Assembly: GCA_029856045.1 (NCBI GenBank)
Contig: JAHQWG010000011.1
Coordinates: forward strand, 1-50,045
Length of the DNA stretch: 50,045 nt
Origin: Promethearchaeia archaeon
GTDB lineage: Archaea; Asgardarchaeota; Lokiarchaeia; Sigyniarchaeales; SOKP01
Direction of reading: 5' to 3'
Shown here: positions 30,915 through 40,184 of the stretch, in pieces
Layout of the letters: the number at the start of each line of letters is the position of its first letter
Position numbering within the stretch: the first letter of the stretch is position 1
Position numbers and translations under genes: made by a program
The notes under the pieces: generated by a model
Databases searched by the model: none
What the model was told of the DNA's origin: nothing
What the model saw: the letters and a program-made list of their open reading frames with translations, nothing else

Positions 30915-30940
30915 AGAAAAATATAACCCTTAAATTTAAT

Positions 30941-31333
30941 ATGATTGAAAAAAAAACACCAAATGAATTAAAAGAATCGCTTGAACAATCATTTGATGAT
31001 ATTTTAGCTATTATAAAGGCTATGGGAAACCAAAATAGGTTAAAAATCCTCATAACTTTACTTTCCGGTGAAAAATCATTTCAAACTCTTATGAGTGAAA
31101 CTAATTTGCAGAAAACGGCATTATCAAATCATCTTACACTATTATTCAAAAAGAATTTAATAGAAAAGCCAGATTATGGTAAGTATAAAATAACTCAAGA
31201 TGGTGTAGAGTTCATTCGAGCAATTCAAATGGTTTGGCATCAATCCGATACCCAAAGAAAAAAAGAACTAGAAATCATACAAGGAAGGAAATTATCTGAA
31301 ACTTTTCTTGAGTCGTTTTTTAAAAGAAGATAA
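30941..31333 (+). CDS. ArsR-like winged-helix transcription regulator
   Basis: KA.GN..RL.IL..L, KTALSNHL..L....LI, G.Y.IT..G. Confidence 0.85.
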   Translation: MIEKKTPNELKESLEQSFDDILAIIKAMGNQNRLKILITLLSGEKSFQTLMSETNLQKTALSNHLTLLFKKNLIEKPDYGKYKITQDGVEFIRAIQMVWHQSDTQRKKELEIIQGRKLSETFLESFFKRR

Positions 31334-31511
31334 TTAATAATTTATAGAATACATAAATACAAAACAAAATTGGTTAATTAAAAAAATATTAAAAGATTCG
31401 ACGTTATAATCTTTAGAAATGAAATAAAAAATAAATTTATAAACGTAATATTGATTAATCGCAAAAAATTGTAAATATTATCATAATTATGTTTTAAGTC
31501 GTGAATTAAAA

Positions 31512-32039
31512 TTGCTTATTGGTAACAATGTGAATTTGAAGTTAATGGAAAAAGAGGACCTGCCTTTATTGCAGGAATGGGTGAATAATCTTAATATAGA
31601 AGGTGAATATGAACCCATTAAACAAGAGACAATTAAAGATTTAGAGAAACAATATGATGATCTTAAGGAAGGACAGTGGTTTTTTATAGAAAAAAAGGAC
31701 GGGAAAAAAATTGGTTATGTAGCACATTTTGTCTCAATGGGAAAGCAAAAAGAAATAGGATACGCCCTACTTCCCGAAGAGAGAGGTAAAGGTTATGGCA
31801 CTGAAGCTGTAACGATTATGGTTGATTACTTATTCCTTTCAAAAGATATCATGCGTATTCAGGCAGATATTCGTCCGGAGAATATAGCATCCCAAAAAGT
31901 TTTAGAAAAAGTTGGATTCAAAAAGGAAGGAATCTTACGTAAATGCTATTTTAGTAGAGGAAAATTGAGAGATACTGCCATCTTCAGTATTTTAAGAGAA
32001 GAGTGGAAAGAACCAAAAATAATAGCAAAAGGAAAATAA
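31512..32039 (+). CDS. RimJ/RimL-family GNAT acetyltransferase
   Basis: EIGY.L....RGKGYGTEA, N.AS.KVLEK.GF..EG..R. Confidence 0.92.
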   Translation: MLIGNNVNLKLMEKEDLPLLQEWVNNLNIEGEYEPIKQETIKDLEKQYDDLKEGQWFFIEKKDGKKIGYVAHFVSMGKQKEIGYALLPEERGKGYGTEAVTIMVDYLFLSKDIMRIQADIRPENIASQKVLEKVGFKKEGILRKCYFSRGKLRDTAIFSILREEWKEPKIIAKGK

Positions 32040-32155
32040 GATTTTTGAAATAGATAATAAGTAAAATCAAATATTTTATTGAAAATTTATTCATAGAAGA
32101 TATAAATACTGAAGATAATTTTCATTAATTCTTGCTGATATAATTCTGCTTATTA

Positions 32156-32956
32156 TTAATACCAATCCCACTTTATATATGAATATGGCAAGAAATCATC
32201 TGGATTTACTTCTGCGACTTTCTCACCCGGCAACATTATATTGTCTGTCTTGAGATATAAAGCACCCAGCACTTTAACTACCTCTATTTCGCCCCATGGG
32301 TCGTGGGCTGTTGAGTTTAGAGTAATTTTTGCTTCACCCATTTCCATTGATTTAGGACCTACTGCAGTCTCTTGCTTAACCAACCAAGGATTATAATCGA
32401 ACCCAACTTTATTAGGAGCCGGAAAATATTTAAAATTGTAATTAACGGTATTCTTTTTTCTTCCGGGTAGTAAGCCAAGTTCTTTTATAATCTTTGGAGT
32501 TTCGGGATCATTGAATTTTCCCGTTAATTTTGCACGAATTTCGATGTTTTTTACTCCAAGACGCTCAGAATAAGCATAAACATCCTTATCAGTGCGTTCA
32601 AGAAAAACATTTGCAATTTTTTTGGGAAACCCAAAAATTTCTCGACCACCTATCATTGCTCTATCGTCAGTAACCGGCATAGCTAAGTAATAATTTCCCA
32701 TTTCACCGTTGAATTCGCATCTTAAAATAAGAGCGCCTTCAAAGTAGGGTAGACCTTGATTAGTAGAAGAATAATTTGCAATAAAGACAAAGGCAATAGG
32801 TCTCGAAATGGGTTTAAGTGGAGGCGGAAGTATTTTTTCGATAATTTCTGGTTTTGTCTCCCATAAAACCGTTATCATTTCCGCATCTTTGAAAACGGTT
32901 GTTCTTAATTCTTTTCTTTTTTTCTCAATATCTTCTAAAGACCTTTTAAAACTCAT
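32156..32956 (-). CDS. Acetoacetate decarboxylase-like protein (paralog B)
   Basis: GGREIFGFPKK; colinear with 20334-21134, both ending KWDWY. Confidence 0.85.
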   Translation of the reverse strand: MSFKRSLEDIEKKRKELRTTVFKDAEMITVLWETKPEIIEKILPPPLKPISRPIAFVFIANYSSTNQGLPYFEGALILRCEFNGEMGNYYLAMPVTDDRAMIGGREIFGFPKKIANVFLERTDKDVYAYSERLGVKNIEIRAKLTGKFNDPETPKIIKELGLLPGRKKNTVNYNFKYFPAPNKVGFDYNPWLVKQETAVGPKSMEMGEAKITLNSTAHDPWGEIEVVKVLGALYLKTDNIMLPGEKVAEVNPDDFLPYSYIKWDWY

Positions 32957-32998
32957 AATAAATCACTCTTACAAATTATAAATATAATTTCTTTTTTA

Positions 32999-34528
32999 TT
33001 ATTCCTTATCTTTAACGATATATTTTTTAATATCATCTTCATAACTGTGAAAATGGAACTTTTTTGGACTCAATAAAAAATTTGGATCCACAGTTCTCTT
33101 CATGTTCTTAAAAAATTCGATAAATTCAGATGTGTAAGCATCAGCCTCAACTATCGACTGCGAAATTGCCTCTCCAAGCCAATAATGCACTCCACCATAT
33201 TTTACTTGATGCCTTAATTTCTTATGCCACATATTCATCGCAATCTGGCGTTGCTCCTCAACATTGTCTGCATTAAAACCACCTACAAACACACAATTTC
33301 CATTAGGTAATAGAAATATACATGTGGCAAACAAGGAAATACTTCCAAGAGGAAATTCAGTCCTATATTTTGCATCGAATTGAGTACTTAATTTTACTAT
33401 TTCCGGAATAGATGAAATTGGAACTTTATGGCAAGTTGTACAGGATATCTTTGGTGGTTGAATGGAAATATATTGATTGAAATAATTATATGCAAACTTT
33501 AAATTAAACTGCCAATCCTTTGATAATGGCTGGTTTAAATCAATTTCCTGCCATTCAAATGGTCTGGCATCATCTTTCATAATCTCATCAACTTTTTCTT
33601 GATAAACATCTAAGATTCGTTGATCAAATGCCTCCAACCCAACCATAAAGACAGAACCTCTTATTTTCGGTCTTGTGGGAGGTTTTTCTTGTGCCATACC
33701 CTCCATAAATTTAACCACAGTAAATGGTACAAGAATTAAATCATGCAACCCATCATTAACTTCCTTTCGCAACTTATACATTATTTCAAATACTTTATTA
33801 TAATCATTCTTGTTAAGGATATAATGTCGCTGAGATTTGAATGGAGCATCTGGAAATAACTTTAAAAATGCTTTAGTCTTAATCCCCATGGTTCCCACAT
33901 CCCCCATAAAAAGACCCGTGAAATCCGGTGCAATTCCATACCGGCAAAATGGCTTTGCATATTTACTTGCGGCCGCCCCCGTTCTCAAAATAGTTCCCTG
34001 TGGGTTTGGTAATACAACCTCAACTCCCAAACATATATCAGGAACTAACCCATATTTTGTTGAACCAAATCCTGCCGTGCTGTTAGAGAGGCCGCCACCA
34101 ATAGTCGCTGAGTAACCGCTTCCAGGTCCCAGAACTCCCGTTGTTAAACCTTTCTTTTGCAATTCTGAAACCAGAATGCCCCAAGTTATCCCACACTCAA
34201 CCTCACAATAATAATCTATTTCATTAATCTCCAAAATCTGATTCATTCTCGTAAGATCCATCAGAATTCCTCCCTCGGTGACTGACCCCCCAACCAAATC
34301 AGCGCCACCACCCCTTGGAACTATGTGAATCTTGTATTTATTAGCAATCTTGACAATTTCTGATACTTCCTCCGTTGATTGCGGTCTTACAATCATATCC
34401 GCCCATCTATCGGGAAAAGCGGGGTCAACATTTCTTGAATATGCTGCCTTCATGAAATCTTTATCAGTAATATAATCCACGCCTAATATCTTTTCAATCT
34501 CAGCATACGCTTCCTTAACTTTTGACAT
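32999..34528 (-). CDS. FAD-binding GlcD/VAO-like oxidoreductase, paralog B
   Basis: Full-length close paralog of 27269-28792. Confidence 0.9.
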   Translation of the reverse strand: MSKVKEAYAEIEKILGVDYITDKDFMKAAYSRNVDPAFPDRWADMIVRPQSTEEVSEIVKIANKYKIHIVPRGGGADLVGGSVTEGGILMDLTRMNQILEINEIDYYCEVECGITWGILVSELQKKGLTTGVLGPGSGYSATIGGGLSNSTAGFGSTKYGLVPDICLGVEVVLPNPQGTILRTGAAASKYAKPFCRYGIAPDFTGLFMGDVGTMGIKTKAFLKLFPDAPFKSQRHYILNKNDYNKVFEIMYKLRKEVNDGLHDLILVPFTVVKFMEGMAQEKPPTRPKIRGSVFMVGLEAFDQRILDVYQEKVDEIMKDDARPFEWQEIDLNQPLSKDWQFNLKFAYNYFNQYISIQPPKISCTTCHKVPISSIPEIVKLSTQFDAKYRTEFPLGSISLFATCIFLLPNGNCVFVGGFNADNVEEQRQIAMNMWHKKLRHQVKYGGVHYWLGEAISQSIVEADAYTSEFIEFFKNMKRTVDPNFLLSPKKFHFHSYEDDIKKYIVKDKE

Positions 34529-34633
34529 CTTATTCCTTAATTATTTAAACTCTTTATATTAAACAATAGAATTATATTTATGTTTCAATATTTCCTCAAA
34601 CAAATAAAAATATATTGTTCTTTTAATTTTACA

Positions 34634-34665
34634 TTGAAAATCTAACTATTTTTAATCAGAAATTA
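34634..34665 (+). repeat. 32-bp imperfect direct repeat, copy 1
   Basis: TTGAAAATCTAACTATTTTTAATCAGAAATTA; 29/32 identical to 35843-35874. Confidence 0.65.
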
Positions 34666-34940
34666 AATTTATTATTTTTTTTCTAAGTGAACTTTACTGA
34701 TTAGCAATAAATTCCTTCCCGCCAAATATTTTCATAAATTTTAATCCCTCATATACGCCCTGAATAAATCGCTCCGTAACGTTAAAAAATTCCTTATTTA
34801 TAGTCAATATAAGTATTTCTTTTATTCTTTAATGATTATCAAAATAGCATTCTTAAAAAATTCAAGGTGTATTTATTGAAAAATTTAAAAAGGAGATTAA
34901 AAGGAAGTTTGGCAAATTTTCTAGAATAATTTTTTAGTAT

Positions 34941-35822
34941 GTGGAAATTATGAATCTAACTTCAAATAGAAAAAAAGATAAGATTTATCTTAGGATTGCC
35001 GATGCCTTTAAAGATGATGTTGGTCGTGGGATTTTACGTATAGATTCTCAGATAGCGAGAAAAAATAATTTAGGAACAGGAGATGTAATTGAGGTTTATA
35101 ATGAATATAAGGACAAAAGAACATCTGGATTATTATATCCTGGCCTAAAAGAAGATATTGGATCGAGTATCATTAGATTAGATAGCTCTTTCAGGCGAAA
35201 TCTTGGCGCCTTTATTGATGATTGGGTTACCATAGGAAAAATAGAATCAAAACTCGCAGGAAGTATAACCTTTGCTGCAATAGGAAGGCCCGTAATTATA
35301 AGGGATGCAAAAGCATTAACAAATTTATTGATTAATCGTGTAATTACAAAAGGAGACATTATCAGTTTTTATGCTATGGGGCAGAGATTTGATTTTATGA
35401 TTATGGAATTTACTCCTCAAGCTAAGGCAGTTAGAATTTATAATAAGACTGAGATATTAATATCAGAAAAAACTATCAAAAAATTATCTCCAGAAAAGGA
35501 ATTAAATCGGACTAACGTTAAAAAGGAGAGTTTTCTTCAAGACCTCAACTATTTTAAAAGGAAAAAAGATAACCTTGATAAAATTAAAAAATTGATGAAA
35601 TTATCAACTCGTTTGCGGCTCGATATGATGAGAGATGTTCTTAATATGGACCCACATACATTTAACTATAACATTATTGACTGGGCATACAAGTTTGAGT
35701 TCATAATCGATGGTGACTATTTAATTGTAAATAAGGATACAGTTTTAGATTTTATTGATGCTTTGGACAAACAATTCGCTACATCGGAAATAAAGAAAGA
35801 AAACCTAGAGGGGGAAAAATAA
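34941..35822 (+). CDS. CDC48/p97 N-domain (double-psi + alpha/beta) protein lacking AAA module, with C-terminal helical domain
   Basis: L.IADA..DVGRGI.RID...L..GD.I, IIRLD...R.N.G..I.D.V, V.KGD; no Walker A/B. Confidence 0.8.
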   Translation: MEIMNLTSNRKKDKIYLRIADAFKDDVGRGILRIDSQIARKNNLGTGDVIEVYNEYKDKRTSGLLYPGLKEDIGSSIIRLDSSFRRNLGAFIDDWVTIGKIESKLAGSITFAAIGRPVIIRDAKALTNLLINRVITKGDIISFYAMGQRFDFMIMEFTPQAKAVRIYNKTEILISEKTIKKLSPEKELNRTNVKKESFLQDLNYFKRKKDNLDKIKKLMKLSTRLRLDMMRDVLNMDPHTFNYNIIDWAYKFEFIIDGDYLIVNKDTVLDFIDALDKQFATSEIKKENLEGEK

Positions 35823-35842
35823 TAAATAGATTGAGCTTTTCT

Positions 35843-35874
35843 TTGAAAATGTGACTATTTTTAATCAGTAATTA
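35843..35874 (+). repeat. 32-bp imperfect direct repeat, copy 2
   Basis: TTGAAAATGTGACTATTTTTAATCAGTAATTA. Confidence 0.65.
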
Positions 35875-35998
35875 TATTAATTTTATTTTATTTTTTTACC
35901 CTTTTATTTAACTCAATAAGAGAAAGACAAAAAAGTTAAAAATAAAGATAATTAGAGTTATATTATTAAAAAATATTAAAATTAATTGATGATCCAAT

Positions 35999-36415
35999 AT
36001 GTCAGAGCAAGAAATTGAAGAATTAGAAAAATTTTTAGTTCCATATGTTCTTGAGCGATTTAACCAAAAATTCTCAAGGTCAGTGGTAGGTGTATTAGGT
36101 TCTGTGATTACAGGGAAAAAGGAAGGTGTATTAGAATTTATATCCTTTCTAGCAAGAGCCTGTGTAAGATGCCTTATGAGTACTTCAAACGAAATTTACC
36201 TTAAAGATATTGCTTCAGTTGTTTTCGCCGAAGCATGTTTGGTGAAAGATCTTCCTCCTATTCGCTTTCGCGAGTGGTGGAGTGAACATTCGGAGTTTTA
36301 TAACCCAATACCTACATTATTAAGTGAAATTCACAGATGGCTAATATATTTGGAAGAAAATGGAAAGTTACCAGGCAATTATGAGAGATTCACAGGTAAA
36401 TTTGTAAAAATGTAG
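35999..36415 (+). CDS. Hypothetical protein
   Basis: 138-aa ORF with normal composition; no recognised motif. Confidence 0.7.
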   Translation: MSEQEIEELEKFLVPYVLERFNQKFSRSVVGVLGSVITGKKEGVLEFISFLARACVRCLMSTSNEIYLKDIASVVFAEACLVKDLPPIRFREWWSEHSEFYNPIPTLLSEIHRWLIYLEENGKLPGNYERFTGKFVKM

Positions 36416-36437
36416 TTAGAAAAAAGAGTAATGAAAT

Positions 36438-37193
36438 TTAAATGGGTTTAAATTTCTTTTTACAGTATTTGCATTTTTTATAAGATTTCAAATTTTCCTG
36501 ACCGCAATAGGGACAAATAAAAATATTCGTTTCCACATCTTCTCCGCTTTTTAGTTGAAAACTTTCTTCCATTTTTGCAGGGTATGGTTTCAATTCAGCA
36601 GTTATAAAAGTTTCGATTTCTTCTTTTCTTTTTTTAGTGTATTTTTTTATTTTTACTATAAAGCCTGAAACAACGACAATAACACCTACTATAATTATTA
36701 TAACTATTATAGTAGAAATCGTCTGTGGACTTATATATGAATCATCATGGACAATAATATTAAAAAACCCTGCTTGATAGTGATAATAAACTGTGATGTA
36801 AATAGTCATCTCTTGTTCTATATAGAGATCAATAAATTCTTGCTCATTACCTGGATTATCACTTGTTGCAATAAGATTACCGAAAAAATCATCAGAATAC
36901 ACATGTAATTCTAAGTCCATATCCCAAAAACTATCCCACCATACTTTAATATGAATATTTCCTTTTGGAACAGTAATAAAATATCTTTTTGCAGCAAGAC
37001 CTATGGATTGATGAGTTTTTTCTGTATTTAAAGTTAAACTAATTTCCTCAATTTGACTAAGTTTCAGATCTGTTCGTTGATTTAATTCCCTCCTATAAAT
37101 ATCATAATTACCTAAATTGAAAGAATATACGCACAAAAAAGCACTGGAAATTATTATACTTACCAAAATAAGATTTTTATCATATCTTTTCAT
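36438..37193 (-). CDS. Single-pass membrane protein: PPC-like extracellular domain, TM, cytoplasmic Zn ribbon
   Basis: N-terminal signal/TM; DMDLELHVY...S.NPG.EQEFI (PPC-like); TM; CPYCG..N...CKYC. Confidence 0.7.
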   Translation of the reverse strand: MKRYDKNLILVSIIISSAFLCVYSFNLGNYDIYRRELNQRTDLKLSQIEEISLTLNTEKTHQSIGLAAKRYFITVPKGNIHIKVWWDSFWDMDLELHVYSDDFFGNLIATSDNPGNEQEFIDLYIEQEMTIYITVYYHYQAGFFNIIVHDDSYISPQTISTIIVIIIIVGVIVVVSGFIVKIKKYTKKRKEEIETFITAELKPYPAKMEESFQLKSGEDVETNIFICPYCGQENLKSYKKCKYCKKKFKPI

Positions 37194-37462
37194 AATAATC
37201 AGCTAAGAAAATCTTAAATCTAAATAATTGTTGAATAATTAAATTTCAAGTTATTAGTATAAATAGTTCTAGGTAATTTAATATATAAATAAGAAAATCT
37301 ATGCCTTTAATAATAATGTAATAGGTACTCCTTTTTTCTCCCAAGTTAGTACTTAATATCCTATTTTAATGTTTAATTTATCGCAATACAAAAGAGAAAA
37401 GATTTTAAATATAATTAGTAATACTTAATATTAAAAAATAAATCCCCTTTTAATTTAAAGAG

Positions 37463-37906
37463 GTGTATGAAATGTCATCCGAAATGAAAATTGACCCTTT
37501 TGCCGCGTTGATATTAGTACTTAGTGTGATTGGGATAATTCTAATAGCAGCTTTGAGTTTTGCAGGTTTTTATTATCCTGGTTATGGAAATAGATATTCT
37601 TGTTTTGATTGTGAATTTTGGACACCTGGTGATTTAGCAGCACAAATTATTATGATAATACTATTAGTAATACAAATAATTATAGCCTTAAATGACCTGC
37701 TCCCAAAAAAATTCATAGAAATGGATCTAGAGATATTTGGCATACTTCTTACAAGCTTAACAATCCTTCTTGCCATCATAGGGATTGTTTCATTTGGAAT
37801 ATCTTATGAGGCATATACATGGTGGCCTGAGACTGGATTTTACGGCGGCATTATAGCGGGAATACTCAACACACTCTTGTTTTTCTTAAAATATAAAAAT
37901 AAGTAA
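37463..37906 (+). CDS. Four-TM membrane protein with CxxC in loop 1
   Basis: Four hydrophobic helices; YSCFDCEF loop; WWPETGFY before TM4. Confidence 0.75.
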   Translation: MYEMSSEMKIDPFAALILVLSVIGIILIAALSFAGFYYPGYGNRYSCFDCEFWTPGDLAAQIIMIILLVIQIIIALNDLLPKKFIEMDLEIFGILLTSLTILLAIIGIVSFGISYEAYTWWPETGFYGGIIAGILNTLLFFLKYKNK

Positions 37907-38123
37907 TTTATCATTTTTTTCCTTTTATTCCATTGTTTAATCTATTATTTTAAAAATTTTTAACTTCTAATATATTAAGCGGATGAAATTTATAAATTTA
38001 AGAGCCATTTTTCAGAAAATTATTAAATTTGAATTAGTTCGAAAAAATTTAAATACTCTTAAGTTGTATTGACATTGAAGTTAAAAAATTTATCAATTAA
38101 GCAACCTATAGGAATGTGATTTA

Positions 38124-38897
38124 ATGAATATTGATTGGGCTTCAGTAGAGGCTAAACCAGATAAATCCCATAAAGTTAATGGACAGATTCTTTTGGATTT
38201 ACGAGCAAAAGTTAATAATTTAGAACTGCAGTCAGAAACCACCCGAATAGAGCTGGATAACACCATTAATGAATTAAATAAAACCAAGACAAAATTAACA
38301 TCCACAGAAACTGATTTAACCACAATTAAAGTCGAAAAAGAAATTATTGAAAATAAATTCAACCAACTTGAATCAACTCTACAATCAACTAAATCTGAGC
38401 TAGAAGATAAATTAAATGATGCGAGAGCAAAAACTACTGATTTAGAAGAAAAATTAAACACCTCTGCGGCAACCAACGCTGAACTACAAAAAAAAATAGA
38501 AACTCTTGAAACCGATTTAAATACAAAAATAGAGAAAATCCAAGCCCTTGAATCTGAAATTCCCTCAAAACAAGAAAAAATTAATGAATTAACCAACACT
38601 TTAAGCGAAAAAGAAAGCCAATTAGAAGAATTTAAATTATCTCTTGCCGAAAAAGAACAGTCATTGACTCAACCTACTGCTCAATTGGAAGAAACAAAGT
38701 CAGAATTGAGCACATTTGAACTCCCTGAGATTAGCCCCGTTGAAGCATTTCCGAGGGAAGAGAGAGTGATATGTCCTATGTGTGGTGATACTGCTATAAA
38801 AGAAATAGACGACAAAACCAAAGTCCTATATTATTCAGGAACTAAAGCCATTTACGCAAAGAAAAAAAAATGCAAAAAATGCGGATACGAATTCTAA
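38124..38897 (+). CDS. Long coiled-coil protein with C-terminal Zn ribbon
   Basis: About 170 aa of E/K/L/T heptads; CPMCG...CKKCGYEF. Confidence 0.8.
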   Translation: MNIDWASVEAKPDKSHKVNGQILLDLRAKVNNLELQSETTRIELDNTINELNKTKTKLTSTETDLTTIKVEKEIIENKFNQLESTLQSTKSELEDKLNDARAKTTDLEEKLNTSAATNAELQKKIETLETDLNTKIEKIQALESEIPSKQEKINELTNTLSEKESQLEEFKLSLAEKEQSLTQPTAQLEETKSELSTFELPEISPVEAFPREERVICPMCGDTAIKEIDDKTKVLYYSGTKAIYAKKKKCKKCGYEF

Positions 38898-38933
38898 GAA
38901 ATGAAACTCTAATAAAGTCAATAATAAAACCAA

Positions 38934-39122
38934 TTACCCACTAACCAAGTCAATCCCTCCACACCTAAGAACAATATGAACCTCTTATTTATTTGCTATT
39001 ATAAAAATTTCAGTAACTTATTCAGTTGGTTGCGACCTTATAAGTATATGGGCTCATCTATCAGGAAAAGCGGGATTAATATTTCTTCAATATGGAGTCT
39101 TCATAAAACCTTTATTTGTAAT
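38934..39122 (-). pseudogene. Decayed N-terminal fragment of a third GlcD-like FAD oxidoreductase
   Basis: ITNKGFMKTPY*RNINPAFPDR*AHILIRSQPTE*VTEIFIIANK*EVHIVLRCGGIDLVSG* aligns without gaps to ITDKDFMKAAYSRNVDPAFPDRWADMIVRPQSTEEVSEIVKIANKYKIHIVPRGGGADLVGGS. Confidence 0.9.
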
Positions 39123-39236
39123 TCTAAAAATTGTTGTAGTTGAAAAAAAATTAAAAGCATATTAATTTGATTTTCTTATTCTTACTATGTAATAAACAGG
39201 TTAAATAATAAATAAAAATTCAATAAAATCTTAAAA

Positions 39237-40184
39237 ATGAAGCAATTGGATACCTTAGGATTAGTAATTAAAGATGAATTATTGCAGTTTTTAGAAAAAG
39301 AATTTGAAAGTAGCAAGCTTAACCTACTTTCTGAGAAATATGGGGGTGGAAAAATATTTTCCCATCCATTAATAGGCGTTGCTCAAGGTAATGATCCCAT
39401 TTTTCAAAAATTCAAAGAAGTTGTAGGTCCAGAACATCTCACACCTCTAGAAATGTGGGTAGGAAGTGGTCAAGATCATTTACCAGCGTCTGACCTTTAT
39501 GTAGTCTCTATAGTGTTTCCTTTTGCTGATAAGATTCGCAGGGAAAGTAATAATCCAATTGTATTGCCTCGAATAACTTTACCAGCCGAAACTTATTCTG
39601 TTGCCAGAAATTATGGTAATGTATTCAAACAGGATATAATGAAGCAAACAATTAATTTTTTTAAGGAAAAAGGTTATAACGCCGTATCTGGGATGTCCTG
39701 TGGTGCTTATTCAGTTGTTTTGAAAGGAAAATTTTATTCTACTTGGTCTGAAAGATATATTGCTTTTGCTGCGGGATTAGGAACCTTCGGTTTGCATGAA
39801 GGACTTATTACTGAAGTAGGGTGTAATATTCGATTAGCCTCAGTGGTTACTAATGCCCCAATTAAAGTTTCTCGAAGAAAAAGTGATGAACCTTACTCAA
39901 ATTGTTTATATTATGCAAAAGGAACTTGTAAAGAATGTGCGAAAAAGTGCCCTGCAAATGCGATTACAGAAAAAGGACATAATAAAACAAAATGTAATAA
40001 ATATCGCTGGAAGGTTGCAAGAAAAATGATACCACGTCTTGGTTCAATTCTGAAGCCTGGTTCCCGCCGTATTAACTGGAAATTAAAAGAAGATATTTTC
40101 CTTGTTGGTTGTGAGTTTTGTCAATTTGGAGTCCCATGTACGGATAAAAACCCTATGGTCAGTGATTACTTGGATTTTGATTGA
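39237..40184 (+). CDS. QueG/reductive dehalogenase-like Fe-S (probable cobalamin) protein
   Basis: A.AAGLG.FG....LIT..G..IRL.SV.T, C......CKECAKKCPANAI, CEFCQ..VPC. Confidence 0.8.
   Translation: MKQLDTLGLVIKDELLQFLEKEFESSKLNLLSEKYGGGKIFSHPLIGVAQGNDPIFQKFKEVVGPEHLTPLEMWVGSGQDHLPASDLYVVSIVFPFADKIRRESNNPIVLPRITLPAETYSVARNYGNVFKQDIMKQTINFFKEKGYNAVSGMSCGAYSVVLKGKFYSTWSERYIAFAAGLGTFGLHEGLITEVGCNIRLASVVTNAPIKVSRRKSDEPYSNCLYYAKGTCKECAKKCPANAITEKGHNKTKCNKYRWKVARKMIPRLGSILKPGSRRINWKLKEDIFLVGCEFCQFGVPCTDKNPMVSDYLDFD

Noticed and set aside
38093-38599. 168-aa minus-strand ORF
   Set aside because: Antisense shadow of the coiled-coil gene (S/F/L/V-rich complement of E/K codons).
38934-39122. Stop-codon recoding (Sec/Pyl) in the interrupted oxidoreductase frame
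   Set aside because: Stops are mixed TGA/TAA at Ser, Trp, Glu and Tyr positions and the gene is truncated: ordinary decay.
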